NCBI RefSeq assembly: GCF_964204645.1
Contig: NC_134035.1
Coordinates: 3,286,001-3,350,000 of the forward strand
Length of the DNA stretch: 64,000 nt
Source of the DNA: Tubulanus polymorphus
Lineage: Eukaryota > Animalia > Nemertea
Direction of reading: 5' to 3'
A model generated the notes under the pieces. It was not told the origin of the DNA. It worked only from the letters and a program-made list of their open reading frames with translations, and did no database searches. Positions 41,191 to 55,292 of this stretch are shown here, one piece after another. The first letter of the stretch is position 1. Each line of letters opens with the position of its first letter. The position numbers were made by a program, and so were the translations under genes.

Positions 41191-43084
41191 TAAATTTAAT
41201 ACCAGTCTGTAAAACTGACCACAGAGGATCATTTTGCCCTCTCAACCTTGCTGTGAATGCGACCGGGTATAGCTCGAATGACTACAAGAAAAAAAATGAA
41301 CAGCAGAACCGCGGCGGCGGAGGCTAAACTATCAGTGAGTGACCCGAGCCCGAGGCGTTTACTATGAAAGTCGCTTTCGTCGAGCTTACTACAACAACCC
41401 CAGACAACGTCGTCTATAAAACAAACGTTCATACGACTCGCATCGATTCACGTAAAAACCAACACAGCGGGTATTAATATACGGTTGTAATTCGGATGTT
41501 TTTTAACCGTAGCCGACGGGTATTTGCTAATCTGCGCGTAATGTTCGTGCCGGTGGAACCATCGGACTCGACAACCGGGTGGTAATTAGATCAGCTCCAC
41601 GCGGTCGACGATCATCTCGAGCAGGTTGCAACTCGCACCGCGTCGACGTGACGTCGCACCCTCTCGCCTCATCAAGCCCAGCCTCTCGGCGCGTTCAGTT
41701 GAACTGTTCAACCGGCGATTTTTACCACTTGAAATCATCCACGCTCCGATACGTATTCAGACGATAGTTGAAGAGCGTGTACACGAGCGAAACGTGCGAA
41801 GTGGCGACGTGTATATAGCGCCGGGTCGTCCCGAACAGGCCCCGCGGCTGCCATTTTTTCAACGTATTATAATGAGTGGATTCGATTGAACATTCGTTTC
41901 AAATATACACTATCATAACAGCCTTGACCAGACAAACCCGGACAATGTCCGTTTATTTTGATGAAATCTATATTACCTCCGTTTTATATGGGTGGTTGAT
42001 TCGGGTCATACTAAAAAAAAATCTCATTACGGCTAAAGGAACGATACAACACGTTTTACATCGCGCCTTCCGTTAAGTTAGGAAAATCTTTCATGCGATA
42101 CAAATGTGAAAAAAAACTAGATACAAATAGGCAAATGGAAGAATGAAGCGACTGATTTTAGCGTGTACAAAGCCAGCAAAGCCCCCTTTTGCCCAAAACC
42201 TTCAGTGAAAAATTACGCAGACTCGCCGGGGATCGTAGCGTCAAAGAAGCTTGCTAACAGACCAATAGATCTCTTCCACTGGACCAGTGGTCATATAGGT
42301 TTCCTGTATTTGCGTTACATAATAACGAACACCTCTATAGTTATGTTTTTTGAACACGAATATTCTAACTTGTAACGAAAATTATTACTCTATCGAGTAG
42401 AGAAAGGCATTCGAGAAAGAAACGTCGAATCATAAACATCCGAACAACAGCGAAAAAATACGAGCGCCTTAGGACGAAGGCATCACGCGGCGCGTGTAAG
42501 GGAATCTCTGTGAAAAAAAACCCGGTCGTAATTAATACCCAAGTGCTTACAGCTGAAATGAGTTGTTCATCTTCAGATTGAAACTCGTTTGCCGAACATC
42601 CTGTTACCTGCGGGGGCCGGTCGTTAATTGCTTTCGTTTTCGTGAAATAAAATCTCATCGGTTGAAACGGAAACGCGCGAACTGCGGCGAATGACGCGCG
42701 TCGTCAGCCGTGTTCTGGAAACACATAGTTCGAGTATCTGTTCTAAATCGCGTAGTATCAAACCCATTTATACTGTCTCCGGTTGTAAGGGAGCTTTTAG
42801 AACCGAATTGAGACTTAAGAGACAAGAGATACGGTCAAATTTAGTAATAACGCCAGCCTTTTTAATGTCTGGTGTTCACTCTTAACGCCAACATTTTTCA
42901 CAGAAAATAACGCGCTCAATCTAACTCAAATTCCATGAAAAAACACCATTCTTTATAACGTCAAATTCGTGATAACGCTATATTTTTCACCAATCCCAAC
43001 GGTGGCATTATAAAGCAATTTTATTGCTAAAAAATTTGAGCCACAGTATTGGAATGTATCAACTAATCCCTGAATGCTAAAACG

Positions 43085-43205
43085 AATTCCGGGAGATGAC
43101 TATTGAGATATACGCAGTGGAAACGTTGAATAAACTACACGAGCTCAAGGAATACTCAGTGTATTCCTGAAGATGACTAATAATAGTTTATTCAACGTTT
43201 CAACG
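43085..43205. mobile_element. Rearranged hammerhead-bearing Penelope-like remnant
   Basis: Contains ATTCCGGGAGATGACTATT...GAAACGTTGAATAAACTAC, then GTATTCCTGAAGATGACTA and the inverted GTTTATTCAACGTTTC. Confidence 0.6.
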
Positions 43206-45237
43206 ATATCCTAATTTAGGATATAGTAAATTTAGAGTAAATTTTCAATTAATTACTCATTAAACTCATGGAAACTCATGGAAACGTTTCGAACGTAATC
43301 TGCCATTATTACAGTGTAGGATTTTAGACATTATCGTCGCAGCACCGTGCGGAGTGTTTCAGCAATTCGAAATTGATAATCTCTTCATCGGGACTTGACC
43401 GGGAATCAATCCTGAAGAAGGAATTATGAATACAGAACTTAGATTCGACTATCAAAACTTTTGAAATGATGAAATGATGTGTTGGATGCTAGATTATCTA
43501 GATGCTCTTCTGCGGATAGATTAGCCCAATTCCGATTCGCGTTGAAAAAAGTTTCGCGGGTTTTTGGTCGCGTGCGTGTAAAACGCGCGCTAATTCTATC
43601 GCGCATTAATCGATATTCAATTTACGACTTGTCAACATTCGACGAACGGAAAGACGCGTAAATTGTCAGTGAAGTGACAGTAGAATTTCGGCTTCGAATC
43701 GTATTCGATTTGACCTCGTGATCGATGGAAATCTATCCGTAATCGCGCGCGTGTCACTTTTACACATCAGCCGACTGCCCCGCGGGTGCCGCATCGACTT
43801 TGTCTGTTCCGTGCGAAAATATATAAAAACGCAAAAAAGGTTACAGCTTTCGTAGTCTCCTATTTCGCGTAGACCGTAAATTCGTTCGTCGATAGTAACA
43901 TCGTCGATGACGGTATTTCGGTTACGATCAAAATGTCAAAAGAAGAAAAACAACGCCCGCAGCCACTCGAATGAGCGGCCATTGTTCTTTGTTTACTCGT
44001 CTGAATTCTTCGTATAGCAAATCAAAATTCGATAAACGTATACTGTTTAGAATTTGTTGCGATGTCGCGGTTGAATTTGTTGACGTCGTTTATCAGAACT
44101 TCGTTCACCTCGAGCGTAATAGTTATGATTATATGATATCACGGATCAATAAAGTTATTTTGGATTTGAATATATCGATGATTGAATTGAATTGACCGGC
44201 AACCAGTCTAGCCTCGATATATCGATGACGTAGTGCACATCCTCTCAAAAATAACTATCAAAATTTGTCAAAAATAGAATATTATATATAAGGTTGAAAT
44301 ATATTTCAATAATGATATTTAAATTTATTGAAATATATTTCATTACGACATAAACGCTTAAGTTTGCAGCAGTTTTGAAACGCGAATATCGGTGACGTAG
44401 TGCGCAACGACTCAGGCGGAACACTGACAGAACCCCGTAAAATTGACAAAACCCCTTAGTAACGCATACTACGGGAATGAACGTATATAAAAAGATTATT
44501 GTCACTTATTGTAGAGTTTAATCTCAACCCCTGAATTGTGAAGGAAGAGATTCGAGTCTTTTTTGTGAAATTGCCCACGATTTTATGAACCTCGATAACT
44601 ATAATTAACCCTTGGTGTATTATATAATAATCGTACTATTTCCGTTCAGTTCACATCTGAATATTTCATCACATAGCTGTTTGTTTAATTTGTATTACAT
44701 TATTTAGTACGTGACGGTGTATTCGGTTCGAAGTATATTTTCGGCGCTATTTCGTCCCAATAAACGGAACCAATTTCAATGTAATGACGTTTAACGACGA
44801 CGCACACCGCGTTTTATATATGACCAGCGTCGCCGCGAAAATGGCGCTTTCTTGTTATATGAAGATTGAATTACGCCGGTGGAATTTAGAATGGCGCGGT
44901 ACCGGTTTTGCTGATGGCCACACGCGCGCGCGTGTGTCCTCGCGAACCGCCCATTACCGTTACACCGGTTCGAACAAATAAAACTCGAACTCTAATTTCG
45001 CCGTCCCCGAAACGCTATGTGACCCGACTAGAAAATCGAATTCTTAGTTATCACAGGAATCATAGCGAGTGTAACTATATTTTCGATTAGTGTCCGAACA
45101 AAAAAAAACTCGAACATTATAACGATAAATTATTTTCGTATAGTTTGTATTGATACACGGAAAATGCATTGATATCTCGTAAAGACTTTATGTATCTATG
45201 CATAGAATCCGACACCAAATGTTTCGACGATGTATGA

Positions 45238-45582
45238 TTTCGTAGGAGATATTTGTAGGAAAATGAAGGAATGTAGGAAATGTTTGAAAACATATAGAGA
45301 ATGCCACGCTAATAAACCGAGAAAAGGTGATTTCCGAAATGTTTCAATTAAGCTAATGATTTATTGATTCGACGTATCGACTTTGACCTAATAGTCATCT
45401 TCAGGAAATGGTCATCTCTTTTCCTGAAGATGACTATTAGACTATAGTCGAAACGACTAATCTATAAATCATAAGCTTAAATGAAACTTTTCGCGCTCCA
45501 TATTTCTCGTTATATCAGTGTGGGATTCTCTGTATATTTCCATACATTCCTTCATTTTCCTACAAGTATCTCCTACGAAATT
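45238..45582. mobile_element. Palindromic Penelope-like element (~165-bp arms) with two opposed hammerhead motifs
   Basis: Arms run TTTCGTAGGAGAT...TCTTCAGGAAA and TTTCCTGAAGA...ATCTCCTACGAAA. The right core is CTGAAGA-T-GACTA...TAGTC-GAAAC at 45424-45454. Confidence 0.75.
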
Positions 45583-46269
45583 ACATGTATATATCGCCAC
45601 AACACGACATGTTGCAGTGAACGTTCATCAGCCGGTTTTACAGAGTCGTCTTAAGAAAAAGTCCGTGCATTAAGAACTATTTTTGCCACACGGGGAAAAA
45701 TTGTAGAATACAAGATTTTGATTAACGGGATTATTGCACGAAGGATTAGTCGTAGGCTGCAGCTATCGGCAGTCGTCTAATCCTAACGAGCCTCGTTCAA
45801 GCCGCAATTATATCGATCAAACGAAACGGAGACGCGCGCACTTTAATTAAACTCGAATCGTATAATTGAAATAGAAAAATACGAAAAACTTCGCCTCGAC
45901 GCACGCGCGCGTATTGGAATAGTTCGCGTCCGCTGATTCGACATTTTCGGGGACAGAAAAATACCTGTTAAGATTAGTTTGTTAAGGTTGAGACCTGTAA
46001 AGATTTGTGAAGCGGCGTAGGTGAGTGGTTAGAGCAAAGAGGATTTGGACGTTTCGACTCAAATGCTATGAGCCACTTCGAGCCACTTTCAAAAAATAGA
46101 TTCATTCATTGACCAAAATCGTTTTATAGTTCTTCTTTGATTGTGGGTTTAATTATTCAGTCCCTCCGCCAAAGTTCGCGATGAGAAATGTTGATTATAT
46201 TAGTTACTTATGGCAACCTTTTAACGCCTTTATAAGTTTCGTAAGTCGTGATAATACAATACTAATGAA

Positions 46270-46737
46270 AGCTTAATGAGTGTTTATTCGTTCTGCGAAG
46301 CGGCCTTCTGTTCCATATAGTTCTCGTTTGAAATCTCACCCTATACTGACTCAATGACATGGGAAGTAAAGAACCAGATTCTAAGTAGGACCCAAGGCGT
46401 ACTTGTGAAGGTCTTGTGGCACATATGGTCATTGAAAAGACATATTTCGTAGAAAATTCGTAGATGGATGAATTGTATTCTAAAGCATCTCCAAGAAGTA
46501 AACTTTCCCTTACCCCACCAATCATACAAAGATAAGTTTATAATACTCCGTATAATAAAGCAGTAAAAAAGTGGAAGAGTTTTTTGAACCTCGAGGGACC
46601 TGTTTTATACAAACTATTCCTTAGTTTCTACAGGCCCCTCCAGGTTTAATTTACTGTATTTTGTATTATGCTTTGTACACTATGCTGTAGATTATATTAA
46701 TTATTGAAAAATAAAGTGTTCAAATAAAAAAAAAAAA
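46270..46737 (+). mobile_element. L1/Tx1-like LINE 3' fragment with poly(A)
   Basis: VLWHIWSLKR at 46411-46440 (W.IW..R motif) and KAVKKWKSFL. AATAAA at 46710 and an A-tail at 46726-46737. The segment is locally CpG-poor. Confidence 0.6.
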
Positions 46738-48180
46738 CCTTCAATTGTCACTATGTCCAACCATCCACTATGGTTACTTACTCTAACCAACTTTTGAGCA
46801 ACAGGCCCCTAGTTTTTTCCGAAACAAGTATCATACTTAATCCCCGTCTTAAAAATCGGCGTGACGTTCGTCGTAAGACGAATATTCAGCCATTAATCAA
46901 ACATATAAAAGTTTCTGCCAGTAGTAGAAAGAGCGGAAAGAGTTACAAAAAAGTCAATCCGAGAAACCTTTGAAATAACATACGAGAAATGAAACTAATT
47001 TTCTTGAGTAATATGCATTTTGCGATATTAGTATTTTTATAAACGCGCACGCAACTCGGATTAGTCGCTCGCGTCTTTAGTCTTGCCAGTACACACCGGT
47101 AACATATCAGATTGGATTGTTCACGTTGTAGTCGTAATGATAGGTATCTCATATTGATTAATATTATGAACAAAAGTCGGATGGAGCAAACAGGTGCGGA
47201 TTTCTTCCGTCTTGTCGTAAAACACACTTTTTCTAAGATAACGGAATGATCATTTCGAAATTAGATGCAGTTGTTGGGGCGTACATTCGTTACATTAGTT
47301 TTGCACTTATTCCAATCAAAATGCGAAAAGGTTTGCCAGGATTTAAACCTGTAGATGACATGCTTTTGCAACTTTGAACAGCCAAGTTGAGAAAAGCCAT
47401 CCGAATTCCAAAAGTAAGAACGTAATATCGGTTTATTTTAGAACTGTTTTCTGTCACCTCGATAAACAGTTCAGTTCGGATAATTTCAATAAGATTTAAT
47501 TGAAAAAGAAATTCTCTAATATCTTTGATTCTAAACTCGATATCTGGTCAACTCGGTGAAATATTTACAGTCCAAACACTACTTTGTAAGGCGCAGTTAA
47601 ACTAGTAGACCCCTCCTTACTCGCTTAAAAACGATTTGGATTTTTCTCCCTGATCCTGGTGTTCGGCGAATATTAGAAACACTTAAATACTCGGATATTT
47701 CTTGGACTTTCAATTTCACCGATTCCCAACCCGGTATCCGGTCAACTCGGTGTAATACTACAGTATCGACGCTATCGAATAAGACAGGAGTTTATTTATA
47801 CTTTATACGATATTGAAAATATGAAATCCCGCTCGTGTCGAGTGTTTGGCGGCATGAAAGACTCGCGATTCGTTCGCGATATATTTGCAGTCTCGTTTGA
47901 AAACGCTTCGTGTAAATACGGATGGCACTTCATCCACAGTCGCAGCGGCATCGCTGATGAGAGGGCGAAGCGAATTTACGTGTTTTCAACCGTCTTGAAA
48001 ATCGACGCGATTCAAAACGAAATCAAGATGAAATCGCGCCGAGAAATTGAATCTGTATTTTTTTCTACGTATATGAACCGATGATCGACGTGACGTCACA
48101 GTTTGTACGCTAACAGTGATGGAAACTTGCCGTACATAACAACAACAGATAAATCAGGGAATTTACAAACTTCTATCATG

Positions 48181-48680
48181 TAAATCGAACATTGGGTCAT
48201 CTCTTTTTGGTTCTCAGAGGTACATCAAATAAATCGTTCATTGGGTCATCTCTTTTGGGTTCTCAGAGGTACATCAAATAAATCGTTCATTGGGTCATCT
48301 CTTTTTGGTTCTCAGAGGTCTATCAAATAAATCGTTCATTGGGTCATCTCTTTTTGGTTCTCAGAGGTCTATCAAATAAATCGTTCATTGGGTCATCTAT
48401 CGTTCATTGAGGCATCTCTTTTTGGTTCTCAGAGGTCTATCAAATAAATCGTTCATTGGGTCATCTCTTTTTGGTTCTAAGAGGTCTATCAAATAAATCG
48501 TTCATTGGGTCATCTATCGTTCATTGAGGCATCTCTTTTTGGTTCTCAGAGGTCTATCAAATAAATCGTTCATTGTGTCATCTCTTTTGGGGTTCTCCGG
48601 GGTCTATCAAATAAATCGTTCATTGGGTCATCTATCGTTCATTGGGTCATCTCTTCAAGGGTCATCAATTGGGTCATCAA
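48181..48680. repeat. 49-bp minisatellite, about 9-10 units
   Basis: Unit CATTGGGTCATCTCTTTTTGGTTCTCAGAGGTCTATCAAATAAATCGTT starts at 48190, 48239, 48288 and onward, with 18-bp truncated units interspersed. Confidence 0.95.
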
Positions 48681-51600
48681 TATTTACAAAACAACAGAAA
48701 ATATAAACTTTCCTTGAAAAGATGTAACAAAGTTATTAACAACTATACACATGTCATACACTATTTACAATATATCAACTATTGGAGGGATCTATATACA
48801 TCGAAACATATATCGGAATATGCGCGCCCTCTGGTGGTCAACGCGTATAGAGCCTATTTCGACCTATTCCGAGATACAATGAAAACGAAGGCGGTCACGA
48901 GGAATCAAAGCTCGGACTATGACTGATTAGAGCGGCGCTGTAATTAACATCAGTCGGGGTTGTTAAAAGCCTCACGTTCGCGCAGATGAGAGGTTTTCGT
49001 CGTCGAATGATGAACTAAGATGCCGATGATTCCAGTACTTACAGGCCGCTGATAACCGGCTCGACGTCATCGCGACCCTGTGATTATTATACCCCGATAT
49101 ACGCGGAGATTGCGAACGCGTTTTACGCGGCGTGGCGAAAAAACAACTTAATTATACGGGAACCAGTCGTCAGATATAGACAAATTACCGGTATGCTAGC
49201 CGAAATCGCGCGTCGGAACGGCGCTAATTCTTCGATAAGTCGTAGTGAGAATTCGTTCGACGAATTATCATCGTTTCGATGTTTTGCGATGACAATAACG
49301 CGACGATGATTGTTAAGAAAAAAAAACCCCAGCCGCCGCATCCACTCAAACCCGGGATGATTCGATCATCGCAATTTCAGCCGACGCGGTTTGACGTAGA
49401 TTTTGACAGTGATTTATTCGCGGTTCCGCGGGCGTGGGTGCTCGGCGCGTCGCGCGGTTTGAAATGGTTGGCAATTTCGACAAAAACCAATCAACGACGA
49501 CGACGACGAGAAAGAGAGAAATTATGAATTTTAATGGCCGCTTTATCATCGCCGATTAATCGCGAATTGATCATCGATTCTACACCGGCACTCAACGCGA
49601 CTTCTAAACAAATTTACGCGTTAATGACTGCCAATTGAATACTACATTAACCGGGACCGGCTCTAGACCGGGTATAAACTGTAATACGTCGCGGTGATCG
49701 ACGTCCATTATGCATAGCAGCAGCAGCAGCCGCAGCAGCGCCGGACCGAACAAACAGCCACAAAGTGGCCGAGTAAACACAATCCTGCCATTAAACCACT
49801 TCTCCATTCGAATAGCTTTTAAATTCATTTACAGTACACTTATTAACGCTTCGATTAGACCGCGGCGTTCGGTGTTGCGACCAGCTGATGATTAGCTGAT
49901 AAGACGGCCCTGTCTGAGATGACAGGGACTTTTCTGGCGTGTGCGGAATTTCATTTTACCCTCATACAAGGTATAATTGCGCGCGTCACAAGGTTAGTCG
50001 TGACGTATATATTCCAGCCAATGATCTAACGCAAAAAATGATAACGAAACAAAGAACTGTATCGAATTGTCTATTCCGAGTACGTTTGTTTAAAGGGCAG
50101 GGCCTTCGCGGGAATTAACAATTTGCTTTTCGGTAATTTAGCCGATATTTGGAAAGAGGAAATCGTGATCGCCGAACACGCTTCGGTTATACCTTGGTAT
50201 TAGAATCGCGCCCGAATGACCTCTGAAACAGGTCAACGAAGATTGTCGGCGCGCGCGCGCATTGACTCGAGAAAAAGCGCGACGTCATTTGCGCGAATAA
50301 CGGTAGAACAAACAAACTTGCCACAGAATGACGAAAAGCATATAGCATCAAAGATAATCATCGTATATCACCATCTCGAACCCGACAGTAATAACGGCGC
50401 GACACAAACAGCGTGAAAAAAACTAACGAAAACACAGGACGCGCGACGCCATGCACGAACTTATGATTGTCCGATAGGGATAGAAATGAGCGTTTGATCC
50501 GTGACATTTATTCATACAGAAATAAAGGGAATATTCGTCGACAGGCGACTGGTTCATGCATATTGTCGACGATGATGAGAGATCGGTAGATCATAAGACA
50601 ACGATCAATTGTGTCGTAACGTCAAACGGAAGATCTAAAAAGGGTCGCCGCGCACTGATCGGTACCGACGAGGTTTTTCTTTCCATAAGCAATTATAGCC
50701 CGTTGATAGAGCAATATTGTCTTATATGAATACCAGACGGGGTTAGTTTTCGTATTCATCAGTCAAGGATCGAATTACGTGGGAGGTAATCTCGGGTCCC
50801 GAATATATCCAAATCGCTATCACCAAATCAGAAACTCGCCTAAGTTTTTAAGAGGTCAGTTACTCTTAAACCGTCAAGTATTTTTCAGCTTGAAACTGAT
50901 TTTTGGCCGGGCAAGGGAAAAACTTCGGTAAATAATACCTCAGTAAATATGGCGTTGACTGTTTTTCTGAAGGTGGAATTCAAAATGATTCCCGAAACTG
51001 TAAATTGATAAATGAGATGTACATCAATATTTTGAGACTTTACAAACTGGAGGAAATAGATTATGCGCCATTTACAAGTCTAAGTACAAACCACCGCTTT
51101 ATACACTCGAACGTGGCCAACTCGGAGTTCGCTTACCTCGCGCTGATTTTTGTCCAAGTTAGGCAAATTTTACTGTATCTGGTCCGAATAATCAAAACTG
51201 ATGTACAAGAAAAAGATACCCTAAACGAACATGCTATCATAAGGCCTGACCACTGTAGACGTTGCATCAAGGTTTGGGTTTTAACTCTTATGTTTAGGAA
51301 TCTTACGTAAGCATTGTGACAGCCCTCTAGAAGAATAGTTTAAGCATTAACTCTGAAACGAATAGATCCACGGTTTTTTCTAAATCTTGAAATAGGGATT
51401 GACCCTGTTATTTATTTGATCGGTAGATTTAAGCCACCTTACAAAACCACCACACCTGCCGGTGAAGCGAAACAGGGGGTTTGATTTTGAAATCGGAAAT
51501 CGAAGTACGGATATAGTTTCGTGATCGGCGGTCGAATTTACAGATCAAAGTGCGCAATTATGGACATTTCGATTCCGTCGCGGTTTTAGGGATATGTCGA

Positions 51601-52664
51601 AGCCTCGACGGGCGAAAACCTCGCGAAGTAATCGCAAATTTGCGTAATATATTTGAACACGGATACATGAGTGGGTGGCTATTTTGATAAGCATCCTCCT
51701 CGGTCTCGCCAGCGCCGCATCAGCGCTAATGCTCTCGTAGTCAGTTTCATTTGAACCGGTGTTTGTGAGTGTGCGTGGACGTCGGAACAGACACGAGTCG
51801 AGCGAATTAGCCAAAGTCATTAAACTAAATCGACGGAGCCGCTGTATCCCGCGTGGACTAATGGATTAGAGTTCTATTTTCGAACGAATTCTCCCGGTTT
51901 TGATTCGGTTACGTACGGTAAAGAAAAAAGGTACGCGCGCCGCGCCGGTGTTGTCGAATATCTTACATAGGTTTCATTTTGTTGAATGTTGTCGGGAGCG
52001 TGAGAATTTCACATCTTGTGGAAGCTTCCGATAAAAGTGCACGCACAGGATTCACGCACAGATCTACTGTTGTAAGTTTAGATATTACTCAGAGTTAACT
52101 CATCTAAAATTAACTGCTTTTATTTCAAAGAGTTTACTTCATCATGAAACTAAGGTCCTGGCGACCACTTTTCGATCATAATCATTTTCGACATTTTCGT
52201 AAACGTATCGTTTAGCAATTTTGTTTTGAGTTTCGTTTTAATTTACGAATCAATGGTTGTAATTCGGACGAATAATTCATTCTTTAGAAAGAAGCTGCAG
52301 TTTGCCGTGTACCTGTTGTCCACATCATCTAGACCGAATTGTTCACAAGACGAACAACTTTCCCTGTTTTCAATATTTTTAACAGAAGCTGAAATTTTCT
52401 ATATCTATCGTTTACATCGTCAGACCGAATTGTTTGCAATATTCGCGTGTTTTTTTTAGGGAGCGAGTTTAGCTATATAGATCCACCGTATCTGATTTAG
52501 CGATTCTAGCAAGTTTCCTAGCAATCGTAAGTTCCCTGTTTAAACGTATCGTATTCGCAACGGCGTCGATCTTGAGACAGGGAAACTTTCCATTTCATTC
52601 ATTTGATTGATCGATTTGATTTAGAAAAGATACACACAATTTCCGAGATGGACTCGAGAGAGTG

Positions 52665-52790
52665 GTGTATGCCTGATTATCAGTGTACCTGTGATGGCTA
52701 TCAGTACAGCCGAAACGTCGATCAATAGTGTATTTATCTAATGCAAGAGAACTCTTCGTCTTTGTACGAATTTATTGTGGGATTATTTAC
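52665..52790 (+). mobile_element. Degenerate hammerhead-bearing remnant
   Basis: CTG-TGA-T-GGCT(ATCAGTAC)AGCC-GAAAC-GTC has a 1-nt deletion in the core. ATTGTGGGATT lies downstream. Confidence 0.55.
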
Positions 52791-54431
52791 GCATTATTGA
52801 TGTTACGCTCATTTTCGGCGTGTCCCTTACGAAACTACCAGTCACAACTGACGGAAACGGAACAGGGAGTTGATTGGTAGATTTGGTCTGATTTTTGTTT
52901 TGATTCGGTGTCCCTTACAAACCCACCACACCTGCCGAACCAGGGGAGGGGGGGGGGGGGTGATTTCGAAATTGGAAATCGAAGTACAGCTACAGGTGGT
53001 CGAATTTACGGAATATTCTGTTTAGTGCAACCTTTAATTGAGTCCATGGTGCAACCTTGTTATCACGTTGTCGAAGGGAGGAGAGGGCAAGTAGTAACAG
53101 ATATCGCGATGGTCCACACGGCTGGCGAATGAAACATTTCATACGATACAGAAATGAAATCTTTGATATCATTCGCATTATGCTCAATTCGTATTCACTC
53201 GATCTTTTTCGTAGGTGACAGTCGATATAATAGAACCACCACGCTAAGAAGAACAAGAATAAGTAAACGATATCAAATTGATAAAAACCAAGGTAGGCGA
53301 TAAAGATATTCTTAAATGCTTGAATGTTGTTATATTTTCCTAAGTATTTGAAACTGGGGGAGGGGGGGTGGACTTTCACCGCTAACTACATTCGAGTTGG
53401 CTGTAAAGATGATTTAGGGGTCACAGTTTATAATAATCACTATTATCAAAAATACATAAAAAGGAATTCTTGCTATTATCATTATCATTATTACTATTGA
53501 TATCATCGATATCATGATAATTTTTATGATATACGTTCATTTCTTTTCTTAAAAGTACGTTAGTACAAAAATACACACAGTCACTTAAATATTACGCGGA
53601 TGAATAAGCTAACGCGAATTCGTTATTACATCATAAAAACGTAGCAAAGAAAAAAGGACTAAAAGGGACCCCGAGGGGTATGTTTTTAACAACAACAACA
53701 ACAACAAAAAACAGACGAATGCCCTGTCGGAAAATCAATCAAGAAATGGAGGTTGGGTTCTCAAAAAGTTCAAACGTCAATTCTATTATTGGGTTCGCGT
53801 CGATACGTCGGGTACACCGACTAAACTCAAAATCCATTCCGTATAAAAATGTAAAAAAGAAAAAAAAACTGGCCGCCGATGTTTCGAGCGAATTTCAAAA
53901 AGGCGGAAAAATGAAGCGATTAAAGACTACGCCACGCACGCTGTGGATGTATAAACCCACGGGCGGCCTCTCGTCGTCGCATACGCGAGGTTCCTTTTCT
54001 GCATCAAATACTCCATCAAAATTACAATCGGCGACTTCATCGTGTCATCGTGTATCGACATTAATTCAATACGGGCAATTTTTACCGCCTGGTTGCCGGC
54101 ACCGGCGCGATACAAATCTCCGATAGCGCTTTCGACAACAGCAATTTTCAAACGTCGCGTCGACAAATGCCAAAAGCTGATGTGAACAGCTAAAAAAAAA
54201 TGTTTAGTGTGTGTGTATATGTGTGTCTACGTTGAGTTAATCAACAGAAAGCTTTGTCGATTTCAGCACTTTTTGAAGGAAAAACAAATCTAGTAAAAGC
54301 AAAATTGACGAAGATGGATACGTAATGTTCATCTTAATGGAACGCTCCGTCCGTGAATGTAGATTCCCGCAGAACGACTGCACCAGGTTAAGTTTATAGG
54401 CCCGAGTGTTTAGAATACGGGGTAATAGTGC

Positions 54432-55292
54432 GAATGGGTGACTGGATGACTGGGTGAATGGATGAATGGGTAACTGGGTGACTGGGTGGCTGGATGACTG
54501 GGTGGCTGGGTGACTGGATGACTGGTTGACTGGATGACTGGTTGACTGGGTGACTGGGTGACTGGGCGACTGGATGACTGGGTGGCTGGACAACTGGGCG
54601 ACTGGATGACTGGGTGGCTGGACGACTGGGCGACTGGATGACTGGGTGGCTGGATGACTGGGCGACTGGATGACTGGGTGGCTGGATGACTGGGCGACTG
54701 GATGACTGGGTGGCTGGATGACTGAGCGACTGGATGACTGGGTGGCTGGATGACTGGATGACTGGATGACTGGGTGGCTGGACGACTGGGCGACTGGATG
54801 ACTGAGCGACTGGATGACTGGGTGGCTGGATGACTGGGCGACTGGATGACTGGGTGGCTGGATGACTGAGCGACTGGATGACTGGGTGGCTGGATGACTG
54901 GATGACTGGATGACTGGGTGGCTGGACGACTGAGCGACTGGATGACTGGTCGACTGGATGACTGGGCGACTGGATGACTGAGCGACTGGATGACTGGGTG
55001 GCTGGATGACTGGATGACTGGATGACTGGGTGGCTGGACGACTGGGCGACTGGATGACTGAGCGACTGGATGACTGGGTGGCTGGATGACTGGATGACTG
55101 GATGACTGGGTGGCTTGTCGACTGGGCGACTGGATGACTGAGCGACTGGATGACTGGGTGGCTTGTCGACTGGGTGACTGGATGACTGAGCGACTGGATG
55201 ACTGGATGACTGGGTGGCTGGACAATGGGCGACTGAATGACTGGGCGACTGGGCGATGGGATGACTGGATGACTGGGCGACTTGGCGACTGG
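54432..55292. repeat. Compound 8-bp-period satellite (CTGGATGA / CTGGGTGG / CTGGGCGA / CTGAGCGA)
   Basis: About 860 bp of CTGN-based octamer variants. Confidence 0.95.

Noticed and set aside
48181-48680. Possible CRISPR array
   Set aside because: The units are contiguous with no unique spacers, there are no cas genes, and the context is eukaryotic.
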